IMG/VR virus record: IMGVR_UViG_3300032320_002537
Span: 1 to 58,146 of that record
Strand: one strand, 5' to 3'
DNA from: a virus
Taxonomy: Duplodnaviria > Caudoviricetes
DNA: 58,146 bases
Part shown: in pieces, positions 8,995 to 18,350 of the stretch
Layout: each line of letters begins with the position of its first letter
Position numbering within the stretch: position 1 is the stretch's first letter
Position numbers and translations under genes: made by a program
The notes under the pieces: generated by a model
The model's input: only the letters and a program-made list of their open reading frames with translations
The model's database searches: none
Told to the model about the DNA's origin: nothing

Positions 8995-10053
8995 GTGATC
9001 GGCCTTTACACTAATTGTGGTATAATTACCCCCAGATATTATGAAGATATCATATGTCCTATTCAGGGTGTAGATATAACCCATAATAATGTCTCACACT
9101 TCCACCATATGATGTGTAACTGGGCATATAACATTGCTCTCGGATTTCAATGGGTATTAGTCATCGAGGCAGATAATAAAGAGTTTCTCGTCAATGAATT
9201 AAAACAGACTGTCCCCGCATTTGAGCCTACAGGATGGAATATGGGTTCAACGGCTGATGAAACATGGACGGATGCAACACAGAACATTGTTGGTTGTATT
9301 TTTGCTCAAGGTGCGACTCTCCCAGGTGAAACAGCATCCGTCGAACGTGTAGGTGTTGCCGAGGGTAGCCGTAGGGGATTTATTAATGCTCCAATCATGG
9401 CAGGGCGTCAAGATTTTACAGATTTAACTTTATCATTTCTTGAAACGAATAGGTCTTTCGTCGAGGGAGTCTTACGCCCGTGGAGTATATTAGCAATGCA
9501 TAAAGGTTTAATAGCACAACCTCGAAACACCAGTATTAAAAGCACTATTCACCTATATGAATTAGCAAAAACTGGAACATGTACCCCAAACACCATCCGC
9601 AAACATTGGGTGTTTAAAGATGCAGTGCCAGTTGTTATATATGGCGAGGATAAAACACAATCGGCATCATCCGATTATGGGAAAAGACAGACTTCATTCG
9701 TGTTTAACTCTTATTACATCGAAGATAACGGATTTGATCAATTTACGGGAAATAGCGGTAGTGGTGGCGTAAGTTCGGCCTCATCCCCTTTCAATAATAG
9801 AGCATTTAACCCTATTCAAGGTCCACCAACACCTAGTCCAACAAGCCCTAATGTCTCGACTTTCGGGAACTTACCTGCTACTTCTACGATTCAAAACGGT
9901 AGAATTGTTAATACATTTGAGAGTCAGATTCCTACTCCACAGTTTAATTTTTTCACACCCGCACCTCAAATAAATAGACCGCCACTACTCCAACCTGGGA
10001 TGTCTAACCCTCCACCACAACAGCCATTACCAGAACCATTTAGAATACCATAA
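8995..10053 (+). CDS. Tail-tube-fold baseplate protein (gp54/gp19-like) with Pro-rich C-terminal tail
   Basis: LTLSFLET...LRPW...IHLYEL...WVFKDAVPV...FVFNSY tube-fold pattern; TAAATA 5 nt before GTG. Confidence 0.65.
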   Translation: MIGLYTNCGIITPRYYEDIICPIQGVDITHNNVSHFHHMMCNWAYNIALGFQWVLVIEADNKEFLVNELKQTVPAFEPTGWNMGSTADETWTDATQNIVGCIFAQGATLPGETASVERVGVAEGSRRGFINAPIMAGRQDFTDLTLSFLETNRSFVEGVLRPWSILAMHKGLIAQPRNTSIKSTIHLYELAKTGTCTPNTIRKHWVFKDAVPVVIYGEDKTQSASSDYGKRQTSFVFNSYYIEDNGFDQFTGNSGSGGVSSASSPFNNRAFNPIQGPPTPSPTSPNVSTFGNLPATSTIQNGRIVNTFESQIPTPQFNFFTPAPQINRPPLLQPGMSNPPPQQPLPEPFRIP

Positions 10054-10088
10054 CTGGTAATATACCGTCAATACGAGTAATTACATAC

Positions 10089-11084
10089 ATGCGGAACACC
10101 TTGCTTATATGGATACCATCCCTCCAAAAACATCTTCATTTTTATGAAATGTCGAATGAGCAATATAGAGTTTTGTTGAAAAATCTGACGGATGAGAGCA
10201 ATCTAAATTTTCTATACAATTTAAACATAATCATAAAGGACAACCTTATTGCCGACTTCGATGTGGATCATTTTACTATCATAGATAGATTCATCATCTC
10301 TACCTATTTAAAAATACATGCAGTGGGTAAAGATTTACAGCTTCAGCGGAAATGTTCCAAATGTTCATCAGATACCAAACTATTTTTAGATTTAGAGAAT
10401 ATGTTGATCTTTTTAAGCGATAAGATCGATAAGTCTTTTCGTTCAGAAATATCGATAGAAGACTATCCGGTCAGTATCATCTGTGATGTCCCTTCTATTA
10501 AAAAAGAATATAGTAATCTTCTCCTTAATGCTGACTTGAATATCGATACCAGATCGACCGATTACAGACTCCACAGCTATATGATATCTTTCATATCAAG
10601 CATTATCATCGGTGATAAAGAACACATTTTAGATGAGTTAAATATCGACCAGCAGAATGCATTGCTCTCTAGAATTCCATATAAAGTGATGGAGAAAATC
10701 AAAACGGATTATATCACTAATATTCATAATATTTTTGATAAAGTGATATTTTTTAAATTTCACTGTGGAAAGTGTTCGGAGGAATTCGAATTGAAATTAC
10801 AATCCGATAATATCAACGAAATGACGAAGTTGATATTTCGGGATAGTTCTTTAGATGTATTTTTGCGCGATTATTTCAGTGTTTCGTCTCATTCACACTT
10901 AGATGGTTCATTCCTAAACAAACTCTCATATTCAGAGATAAAGGTTCTTACCCAATTCGTTGAAATGTCCCATCAATCACAATCCACAGAACCTCCTTCA
11001 AATGGTTTATCGGAGGGGGCGGATTTGTTTGGGGATTATAATGCAGAAGTCGCGCACATGGCAAGAACACCCTCAGACTTATGA
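10089..11084 (+). CDS. Baseplate hub assembly protein (gp26-like)
   Basis: WIPSL...FTIIDRFII...CSKC...CGKC; baseplate context. Confidence 0.6.
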   Translation: MRNTLLIWIPSLQKHLHFYEMSNEQYRVLLKNLTDESNLNFLYNLNIIIKDNLIADFDVDHFTIIDRFIISTYLKIHAVGKDLQLQRKCSKCSSDTKLFLDLENMLIFLSDKIDKSFRSEISIEDYPVSIICDVPSIKKEYSNLLLNADLNIDTRSTDYRLHSYMISFISSIIIGDKEHILDELNIDQQNALLSRIPYKVMEKIKTDYITNIHNIFDKVIFFKFHCGKCSEEFELKLQSDNINEMTKLIFRDSSLDVFLRDYFSVSSHSHLDGSFLNKLSYSEIKVLTQFVEMSHQSQSTEPPSNGLSEGADLFGDYNAEVAHMARTPSDL

Positions 11085-11120
11085 TTGATTCAACCAAAAT
11101 CAACATTAAATAAAAACTAT

Positions 11121-11909
11121 ATGGAAAACTTCAATGATATTTTAGCCGCATTAGATAATGCCAATAAGAAACTAGAAAAAACGATCTACATCCCGTCTCT
11201 CGATACTGAGATTCCTGTCCGTCCGTTAAATGCCCAGCATACTAAAAAACTAATTAAAACGACAGTGGAAGGGCCATTTGCATCCAACCAATTTAACATA
11301 ATAGTCTATGGTATTTTACGTGATATCTTGGATGTTGATCTTAAAACAGTTTCGGTATATGATAAACCAATCATACTTTTACAACTTAGAGCGCAAAACA
11401 TTTCTCCAGATATTAGTGTGGAATTTACTGAACTGAAAATCAGTAAAAAAATCAACATCGATAAACATCTCAAGAAATTCAAAAAAGGACTGAAACAAGA
11501 ACCTGTTACTATCGATAAAGACGGTATCACTGGAACCATCAATTACACTTCCATCGAAGATGAGTATCTATTCGATAATTTTCTATACCAAACGCAGATG
11601 AGTAAGATCGATCAAAGGGATGTGAATCAGATGAAATCCTTGGTCGCACCTATATTCATGAACAGTCTGGTGATGTTTTTGACCTCTCTAACTATAGGAG
11701 AAGCGAACATTGATCTTACCACTTTATCAGTAGACGAACGCCTTAAACTGGCAGATAAACTACCTTCATCATTTCTTTCGGAAGCTATTGCGAAGATCGA
11801 TGGCAATTTCGGTAAAAATCTCCAGAAGGTATTAAGCGTTAGCACGACCCATGAAGGAACGACATATGAATCCGAAATTGAACTTGATGCAGGTTTCTTC
11901 TTACAGTGA
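11121..11909 (+). CDS. gp26: Baseplate hub assembly protein (gp26-like); start revised to MENFND
   Basis: YIPSLDTEIPVRPL...VSVYDKPIILLQLRAQNIS...FFLQ; TAAATA 11107-11112. Confidence 0.65.
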   Translation: MENFNDILAALDNANKKLEKTIYIPSLDTEIPVRPLNAQHTKKLIKTTVEGPFASNQFNIIVYGILRDILDVDLKTVSVYDKPIILLQLRAQNISPDISVEFTELKISKKINIDKHLKKFKKGLKQEPVTIDKDGITGTINYTSIEDEYLFDNFLYQTQMSKIDQRDVNQMKSLVAPIFMNSLVMFLTSLTIGEANIDLTTLSVDERLKLADKLPSSFLSEAIAKIDGNFGKNLQKVLSVSTTHEGTTYESEIELDAGFFLQ

Positions 11910-12518
11910 TGATGGTAACTGAAACTTCGATTGGTATGCGGCAGGTGCGCCGTTGCCTTGATAACGAAGTTGTAATGTTTTATAGATGATAGCACCCACA
12001 TCTTTCTTTGCCAAAGATGGCGCATCTTGAGCTTGGTTTGCACTTGTAAATGCTGCATTGATAATCTTCGGATCAATCTTCAGAACTTTCATAAGGAAAT
12101 CAACTAAGGTATCGGCAGATTCAGGCGCGGTTGGCGCATTTCCACCTAATCCTCGTTGCTGCTTCGCATAAGTGGAGATATGTCTAACATAGTTCATATA
12201 TTCGGCCCACACTTTTTGATAAATCTCCGTTAATTTATTTCTAGTCCCAGACTCTTCCCCTTTAAAAGCCCCCGCCACTTTATCTTTAATGGCTCCTCCT
12301 ATTGAACGTTGCGCTGGTGCTCCTCCGAAAATTTCATTAACTAAACCCTGTTCAACCAAATACTCGGTTTCTGCCTCGGTTATATGAGTTAAAAGAGCAT
12401 CACGTTTTTCAATCTTGTTATTTTCGTGGTAATAGAGGATATCATTGACTAAATTCTCTCTAAAAGTTTGCGGATTGACGATTGTATTCGATTCATATAT
12501 TAAGGCTAAATTGTCCAT
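11901..12518 (-). CDS. Late hypothetical protein; candidate internal head protein; start revised to MDNLALIYE
   Basis: TAAATA 5 nt upstream; several [ILV]xE sites in the N-terminal third. Confidence 0.65.
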   Translation of the reverse strand: MDNLALIYESNTIVNPQTFRENLVNDILYYHENNKIEKRDALLTHITEAETEYLVEQGLVNEIFGGAPAQRSIGGAIKDKVAGAFKGEESGTRNKLTEIYQKVWAEYMNYVRHISTYAKQQRGLGGNAPTAPESADTLVDFLMKVLKIDPKIINAAFTSANQAQDAPSLAKKDVGAIIYKTLQLRYQGNGAPAAYQSKFQLPSSL

Positions 12519-12523
12519 GTACT

Positions 12524-12540
12524 TATTTATCGGATAAATA
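12524..12540. promoter_or_regulatory. Back-to-back divergent late promoters forming an inverted repeat
   Basis: TATTTATC-G-GATAAATA; ATGs at 12518 (-) and 12547 (+). Confidence 0.7.
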
Positions 12541-12546
12541 TAAAAA

Positions 12547-14691
12547 ATGGATATCACTGCAAATCAACTACTACTCGCATTCGACGAATATATGAAGAAT
12601 AACGGCGGTGGATCAAAATATCTACAAGCTAAATTTAGAAAAATATTCGAGAATAAGGATGCCCCGTTGAACGGAGAAACTGGACCTTTAGTTAAATTAG
12701 CAGATGCAAGCAAAACTTTTGCAAAAAAGCTCGCTGCCATGTCATCAAAGTTGGAAAAACCTTTGGGTAAATTTAAAGATAGTCTTTCAAAATCAGTTGA
12801 TACATTTAATGATCTTTCGAAATATGTTAAATCGTTAAAACCCACTAACGCGATCCCTCCTCCTATAGCATCGACGATTGGCGGAACCAATCAACCGTTA
12901 AATTTGACGAATTTCATGGTGGATATGCGTAAAATGATTAGTGAAACCGAATCGCCGATGGTTATAACAGGAATTTCAGCCGCAGCTTTAGCTACTCTAT
13001 CAGGTCTATTCACCAAAAAAGAAGATATCCTTCCGCCAAAAGATGAAAAAGAGGGATTCTTCAAATCTTTATTAGCGACATGGAAAGAAAAAACAGATCA
13101 AAAACCAAAGAAGGAGAAGACGACTAATATATTTGATCAAGAAGACTCAGGCGAAAATAAAGGAAGTCTTCTAGGATCAATCCTCAAATGGGGGGCATTG
13201 ATATTAACTGGTGCATATATTATAAAGTTGTTAAACGAAACACCTTTAGGCAAAAAGATTAAAGGGTTTATTAAAGAAACAATTACTGGGATATTCACAT
13301 GGATAAGCGAAAAACTAACCAACAAGGAAACTAAAGGTTATTTAAACAAAAAGCTTGAAGATATTCTTGGTGGAATAGGCGATTTAATGTCAATGGTGGG
13401 GAATGCGCTTGCATCTGTCGGAAGAGGATTAATGTTTATAGCGCATGAATTTTATGATAAAGTAATTTTGAAGATTAAAGAGGAGAATGAGGGACTAGCT
13501 AAAATAGTATCGGCGGGTGCATTAAAAGCTATACCTAAGTTTTTCGGTAAAACGACAGCCGTAATAAAATTTATCGCTAAAGGCGCAGCAAAACATTTTA
13601 CCCAATTAGCAAAAGTCTTTAAATGGATTCCTGGTGTAGGAAGTTTATTATCTTTTGCTTTTGCCGTGGATCGTTTTCGTAGTGGAGATTATTTTGGTGG
13701 ATTGTTAGAAGTAGCCGCTGGTATTGCATATTTTGTCCCTGGCATAGGGACTGCCATAGGCATAGGTATAGATGTCTTAAACACCTTTTTAGATTATAAA
13801 CAATCACAGCCAGAAAATAAAAATATAGGAAAAGGTGAAATTGTTGTGGGACTTATGGAACGCGCCACGGAATGGTTTATAGGTAAATTTGGAGTGGAAA
13901 GATTGTATCAGATTCCCGTGATTGGCCCCATGATGAAAATTGTTAAAGGTTTAACAATGTTATCGACTGATCCAGGGGAAGGTATGAAGGCGGTATTGAA
14001 GGGTATTTTTGCATTCAACCCGATCACCCAACTTGCTAATGCAGTAAGTTTTATCGACTTCTTAATGAATGGGGATGTTGCTAACGACCCTAATGTTAAC
14101 GGTTCAATATCTAATTGGTTCAATTCGGATATATGGATTGATAAGATCGGAGGATTTATCGGCGGTATCGTGGATATTGTGACCGAAAAAATAGGTTGGC
14201 TTTTCGGACAAGTTAAATCGGCAATGGAATGGATTTTCGGTAAATCGGAAGAAGAGTTAAGTGATATGGATAAACTGAAAAGGGATAACCCTAAAGAATA
14301 TCGTAAAAGAAAACTCGATGAGTATCGCGCATCTGTCATGGCGCAACCGAGTAAGATCAATATTGTCCCTATTAATGATGGAAAAACAGACGGACGAGGT
14401 ATAACAGTTATCAAACCTGATGCAAAAGATCATCATCTCTTTGCTAAAGATGGTGGCCCATTCGATCTATTCTTGAAACAGATGAATGCTAATTTTGACG
14501 AAAAATTAACCGCATTAGTTGCACTATCGGTAGATACAGTCAATGCAATCGTTCAATCGGGTGGTCAGATTTCTAAAACAATCATAGCCACCGCAGGTTC
14601 ATCTAACCAATCAAATCAAACACCGACATATAGTAATGCCGATCCTGTTCGCGATTTTAGAAATCGTGCGAATATGATAATCGGACGATAA
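12547..14691 (+). CDS. Tape-measure/baseplate hub-like protein (gp29-like)
   Basis: 714 aa, helical with hydrophobic Gly/Ala-rich segments (KWIPGVGSLLSFAFAVDRF); lies between gp26- and gp48-like genes. Confidence 0.6.
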   Translation: MDITANQLLLAFDEYMKNNGGGSKYLQAKFRKIFENKDAPLNGETGPLVKLADASKTFAKKLAAMSSKLEKPLGKFKDSLSKSVDTFNDLSKYVKSLKPTNAIPPPIASTIGGTNQPLNLTNFMVDMRKMISETESPMVITGISAAALATLSGLFTKKEDILPPKDEKEGFFKSLLATWKEKTDQKPKKEKTTNIFDQEDSGENKGSLLGSILKWGALILTGAYIIKLLNETPLGKKIKGFIKETITGIFTWISEKLTNKETKGYLNKKLEDILGGIGDLMSMVGNALASVGRGLMFIAHEFYDKVILKIKEENEGLAKIVSAGALKAIPKFFGKTTAVIKFIAKGAAKHFTQLAKVFKWIPGVGSLLSFAFAVDRFRSGDYFGGLLEVAAGIAYFVPGIGTAIGIGIDVLNTFLDYKQSQPENKNIGKGEIVVGLMERATEWFIGKFGVERLYQIPVIGPMMKIVKGLTMLSTDPGEGMKAVLKGIFAFNPITQLANAVSFIDFLMNGDVANDPNVNGSISNWFNSDIWIDKIGGFIGGIVDIVTEKIGWLFGQVKSAMEWIFGKSEEELSDMDKLKRDNPKEYRKRKLDEYRASVMAQPSKINIVPINDGKTDGRGITVIKPDAKDHHLFAKDGGPFDLFLKQMNANFDEKLTALVALSVDTVNAIVQSGGQISKTIIATAGSSNQSNQTPTYSNADPVRDFRNRANMIIGR

Positions 14692-14769
14692 TTATGTCAG
14701 CCATCCACCTACAATGTGGACGAACCAATATGCAAGGAATAGACCCCCGAGAATTAATAGAAGTTCCAT
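14692..14769 (-). CDS. Small single-pass membrane peptide, 25 aa (absent from ORF track)
   Basis: MELLLILGGLFLAYWFVHIVGGWLT*; its stop abuts the stop of the gp29-like gene; has its own promoter. Confidence 0.7.
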   Translation of the reverse strand: MELLLILGGLFLAYWFVHIVGGWLT

Positions 14770-14776
14770 AAGATGT

Positions 14777-14805
14777 ATGTTACGCTATAACATCTATCAT
14801 GTCAA
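14777..14805 (-). promoter_or_regulatory. Sigma70-type promoter for the 25-aa peptide, leaderless
   Basis: TTGACA(14805-14800)-N17-TAACAT(14782-14777)-N7-ATG. Confidence 0.75.
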
Positions 14806-14832
14806 GCGAAAAACGTAAGATAAATAAAATAT

Positions 14833-15852
14833 ATGGACGATTCGAACATGTATAGATTAATAAAACCAAATGGACTAGGAATAGTCGATGTGGTTAATGA
14901 TTATCCATGGACATTATCACCAAAAGAAAGTCGTAGGGATGCACCCCGAGCATATCTAAAAGAATATCAACAGAATGGTGGGCAATTGATCGCGTCTATA
15001 ATCTATTACGGACGGGTATTAAACAAAGGTATTAACGAAGGTGTGGCGAATACCCTTCTAGGCGCATCTGATGCATCAGAGGTATATAAATATAAATACA
15101 TCGCCGAGCCTACAGGTTGGGAATACAGTTTACCATTTTTCTCCACTCAACATACGAAACGGACAAACGGGTTCGGGTATGAAGATGGGCAGAACCCGTT
15201 CAGTTCGTTACTTTCTTTGGGGCATACCATACTTGGTTTCGACTCGCACGGGGGAGGTATCGCCAGCTTAGCAAGAAAAGCCACGGGTATTTCCACTACG
15301 ATAGATACTGCAATAGCCTCGATAAACACAGTCCTTCCAGGTAAAATTTCATTCGAATCGCCTAAAAATTGGGATAACACTGCCGAAGAATCCATCAATA
15401 TACAATTCCATCTCTTCAACACGGGTTCGGCTAACGATGTTATTAAAAATAGAGAATTGGTCAACACTTTGAGACATAACAATACTCCAAGTCGAAGAAA
15501 TTTCGCAATAGTTGATCCGCCAGTTATTTATGAACTATACATAGCAGACGTTATTAATATGCCCGCATGTTATATCTCATCGTTAGATATTACTAATATG
15601 GGAAATACTCGAATTATGGATTTAGGAGGAAGAGCAAGAACTATTCCCGAAGCATACGGGATTAACATCACTCTCAACTCATTACTGATGCCTACTAGAA
15701 ATATACTTGAAGCATTGAATGCTGGCAGATCAGTCGAGGCTATTTCTAATGCGGGTGATCTATTATCATTGGCGACAGATTTTGTGTCGGTGTTTGCAGG
15801 AAATGCCACACCACAGCAAGTGACACGTATCAATAACACATTTGAAAATTAA
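14833..15852 (+). CDS. Baseplate tail-tube cap/initiator (gp48-like)
   Basis: SINIQFHLFN...DPPVIYEL...MPACYISSLDIT...IPEAYGINITL; directly upstream of the gp53-like gene. Confidence 0.6.
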   Translation: MDDSNMYRLIKPNGLGIVDVVNDYPWTLSPKESRRDAPRAYLKEYQQNGGQLIASIIYYGRVLNKGINEGVANTLLGASDASEVYKYKYIAEPTGWEYSLPFFSTQHTKRTNGFGYEDGQNPFSSLLSLGHTILGFDSHGGGIASLARKATGISTTIDTAIASINTVLPGKISFESPKNWDNTAEESINIQFHLFNTGSANDVIKNRELVNTLRHNNTPSRRNFAIVDPPVIYELYIADVINMPACYISSLDITNMGNTRIMDLGGRARTIPEAYGINITLNSLLMPTRNILEALNAGRSVEAISNAGDLLSLATDFVSVFAGNATPQQVTRINNTFEN

Positions 15853-15857
15853 AACTT

Positions 15858-16190
15858 ATGGATATAAAACTCAATCCTTATGATTATGCAAATATATTCA
15901 CTATCTATCAAGATAGTGATGAGATGATGTATTTCAATCTTATTGATAATTTGGATATTTCGGGGGTTATTGACCCTTCACTATACGATGAAATGTTTTA
16001 CAACGAGGAGAACTGGTACGATTTATCTTTTAGATTCTACGGAACAACAAGACTATGGTGGGTGATTCTAGTCGCAAACAATGTTAATAACCCGTTTACC
16101 GATGTAAAAATCGGTGATCGTATCAAAATATTGAAGAAAGAAGCCGTAACTGAAATTCTTTCTCAAATAAATAATTCTTCTAATGAGTGA
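15858..16190 (+). CDS. gp53: Baseplate wedge subunit (gp53-like, LysM-like)
   Basis: LSFRFYGTTRLWWVILVANNVNNPF...GDRIKIL. Confidence 0.85.
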   Translation: MDIKLNPYDYANIFTIYQDSDEMMYFNLIDNLDISGVIDPSLYDEMFYNEENWYDLSFRFYGTTRLWWVILVANNVNNPFTDVKIGDRIKILKKEAVTEILSQINNSSNE

Positions 16191-18336
16191 TACAGAATAT
16201 TCTTTTAATGCCCAAGATTATGATGTAACCATACGATTATATAACGGCGTCAATGATGTTGTTTTGACTAATACCGCATGGGATGATCTCGTATTGGAAG
16301 ATAATATTTTCAACTACTTCATTAAAGGGAGTATTATAATCAACACCCCTTATGATTCATTGGAAAGAGATTCACCCGAATCCCTTTTACTGACAAACAC
16401 GACAAAGGAGAGTATAGTGTATAAATTTAGAAACGATGGTCGTGATACATTATACATATCGATAAAGCCTAAAAATAAAGAATTGGCATCATTAGGGAAT
16501 GCATCCATCGACCTCTCCGATAGTAAATGGTTGATCGAATTGGAAACTATCATATACGATGTTAAAGATATGGCACATGGAAACCCTACCGATAAGAAAA
16601 AGGTCTTGTACTTTTGGGAAAAGACTTATCAGATGATGCTTGAAAGAGATACTGAATTTTCGACGGCGAACACGGGGGAGAATGCGAACAAACCAAATCA
16701 AGACCAAGCGAGTGATTTAGATAGAAGTCAAACCACAGGTGGGTCATTAGCATCGCTGTTAAATCAACATGAAGAATTCCGTAAACATGCCCAACTGACT
16801 ACAAACCCTGAGTTTTGGAATAGCGGCCATTCGGATAATTTACTTTTCTATACATCACCCGTAAACTCTAAGTTTATCGACGATCTTGATTATCTATATA
16901 GTATCCATACTGCTGATGAAAGTTTCAATTCGCAGCCATGTCTTCTGAAGTTAGAACGCGCAGCAAATAAAGGTGAACCTAAACAGTTTTCACTACTACC
17001 ATTTAAAACATACTTCGAAAAGGCAGGAAAAAGTGTCTCTGCTCCAGGTGAATATCAGTTGGAACATTATTTCATACAAGAAAATACTTTTAGCAACGAC
17101 GATAAAATGCCCAATATTCGTAAAGCCCCATTAGAAAAAGGTGCCGTGAAAGAAATAAAGGCCGAAGATTTCACAACAATTAAGCAATATCAAATAGTTG
17201 ATTTGGCGGGGGGCGATTATGCAAAAAATCTACCGAATAGAAGAATTGCATCTTATAATCATTCGGCTGGGCAATTCAACATTGAAGCGGGGGAACATAA
17301 AGCCGAAGAATGGAAAAAATTCTACAAAGAATCGGTAGCACCTTCAATTTTAACCCAAACCACCGTTGATAGATTACCACTCACACCATATATCGAGAAA
17401 GGTTTCAACACCCAAGTAGATTTCTCTATGTTACCTAATAATATCGGGCGATTAGCAGTAGGTAGAAATAAGATGATTAATTATTTTCTATTCTCGAATT
17501 TGGGCATATCTTTCAGCACTAAAGGATTGACGTTCAGACAATCGGGGAGATTTTTTGGATTATCTAAACTGACTCTTAACGATAAAGAATTTGACGATAA
17601 ATTAGAAGGACAATATTTCGTCACAGAAGTTATTCATCATTTCTCGAACACCGAACGGTCATACTACACTCAAATGGTCGGCGTTAAAACCCATGTATAT
17701 AAAGAAGCGACTCCTTTTATTGGTGATGATCTGATTCTATTAAAAGGGAGTGTCGAGTCTGGATCATTTGCTCCCGTGGCACAGAAAAGTTCAAACTCGA
17801 AACCTGTTAAACCTGAAGACGGAAATAATACGGAAGAACAACCTAACCTACCCACGGATAGTGGTGACTCTGGAGAATTGGGGCCAAATCCCATATTACC
17901 GCCACTATCCGATGAAGCGAACACCGGATTAGAATCTCAGAGATATGATAGGACAGTAGATGGTGGGTATCGTGGGTTAGCGTCGAGCTACGGTTATACG
18001 AATGATGATGACAATGGATACAACTCTTTAGGTATGTTACGTGGTCAACAACCTTGGTATGGAGTATATCCTACGGTAGCATTGGCACCCAACATGGCGA
18101 AAGAATTGGGGGTTAGGCTTCCTGTTAAAACAAATGGATCGTGGGATTACTCGAATTCGATAGTTAGAGTCCAATCTTCGTCCGGTAACACCATTCAAGC
18201 TATATATGACGAGAACGGGATGTTTAAAGACACGAGAAGTTTAAATAAATTGATAGATTTAACCCCTGAGGCATCGACCGCTCTAGGATTACCGCATGGA
18301 CCTACAACAACAACCACCGTCACGGTATATAGATAA
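16183..18336 (+). CDS. Baseplate hub protein (gp27-like) with C-terminal RlpA/3D-like double-psi barrel domain
   Basis: LEDNIF...KGSII; GLTFRQSGRF...LEGQYFVTEVIHHF hub motif; P/S/E linker then GLASSYG...VALAP...VRV...DENG...IDLTPEA. Confidence 0.65.
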   Translation: MSDTEYSFNAQDYDVTIRLYNGVNDVVLTNTAWDDLVLEDNIFNYFIKGSIIINTPYDSLERDSPESLLLTNTTKESIVYKFRNDGRDTLYISIKPKNKELASLGNASIDLSDSKWLIELETIIYDVKDMAHGNPTDKKKVLYFWEKTYQMMLERDTEFSTANTGENANKPNQDQASDLDRSQTTGGSLASLLNQHEEFRKHAQLTTNPEFWNSGHSDNLLFYTSPVNSKFIDDLDYLYSIHTADESFNSQPCLLKLERAANKGEPKQFSLLPFKTYFEKAGKSVSAPGEYQLEHYFIQENTFSNDDKMPNIRKAPLEKGAVKEIKAEDFTTIKQYQIVDLAGGDYAKNLPNRRIASYNHSAGQFNIEAGEHKAEEWKKFYKESVAPSILTQTTVDRLPLTPYIEKGFNTQVDFSMLPNNIGRLAVGRNKMINYFLFSNLGISFSTKGLTFRQSGRFFGLSKLTLNDKEFDDKLEGQYFVTEVIHHFSNTERSYYTQMVGVKTHVYKEATPFIGDDLILLKGSVESGSFAPVAQKSSNSKPVKPEDGNNTEEQPNLPTDSGDSGELGPNPILPPLSDEANTGLESQRYDRTVDGGYRGLASSYGYTNDDDNGYNSLGMLRGQQPWYGVYPTVALAPNMAKELGVRLPVKTNGSWDYSNSIVRVQSSSGNTIQAIYDENGMFKDTRSLNKLIDLTPEASTALGLPHGPTTTTTVTVYR

Positions 18337-18350
18337 TAAATAACTATACA

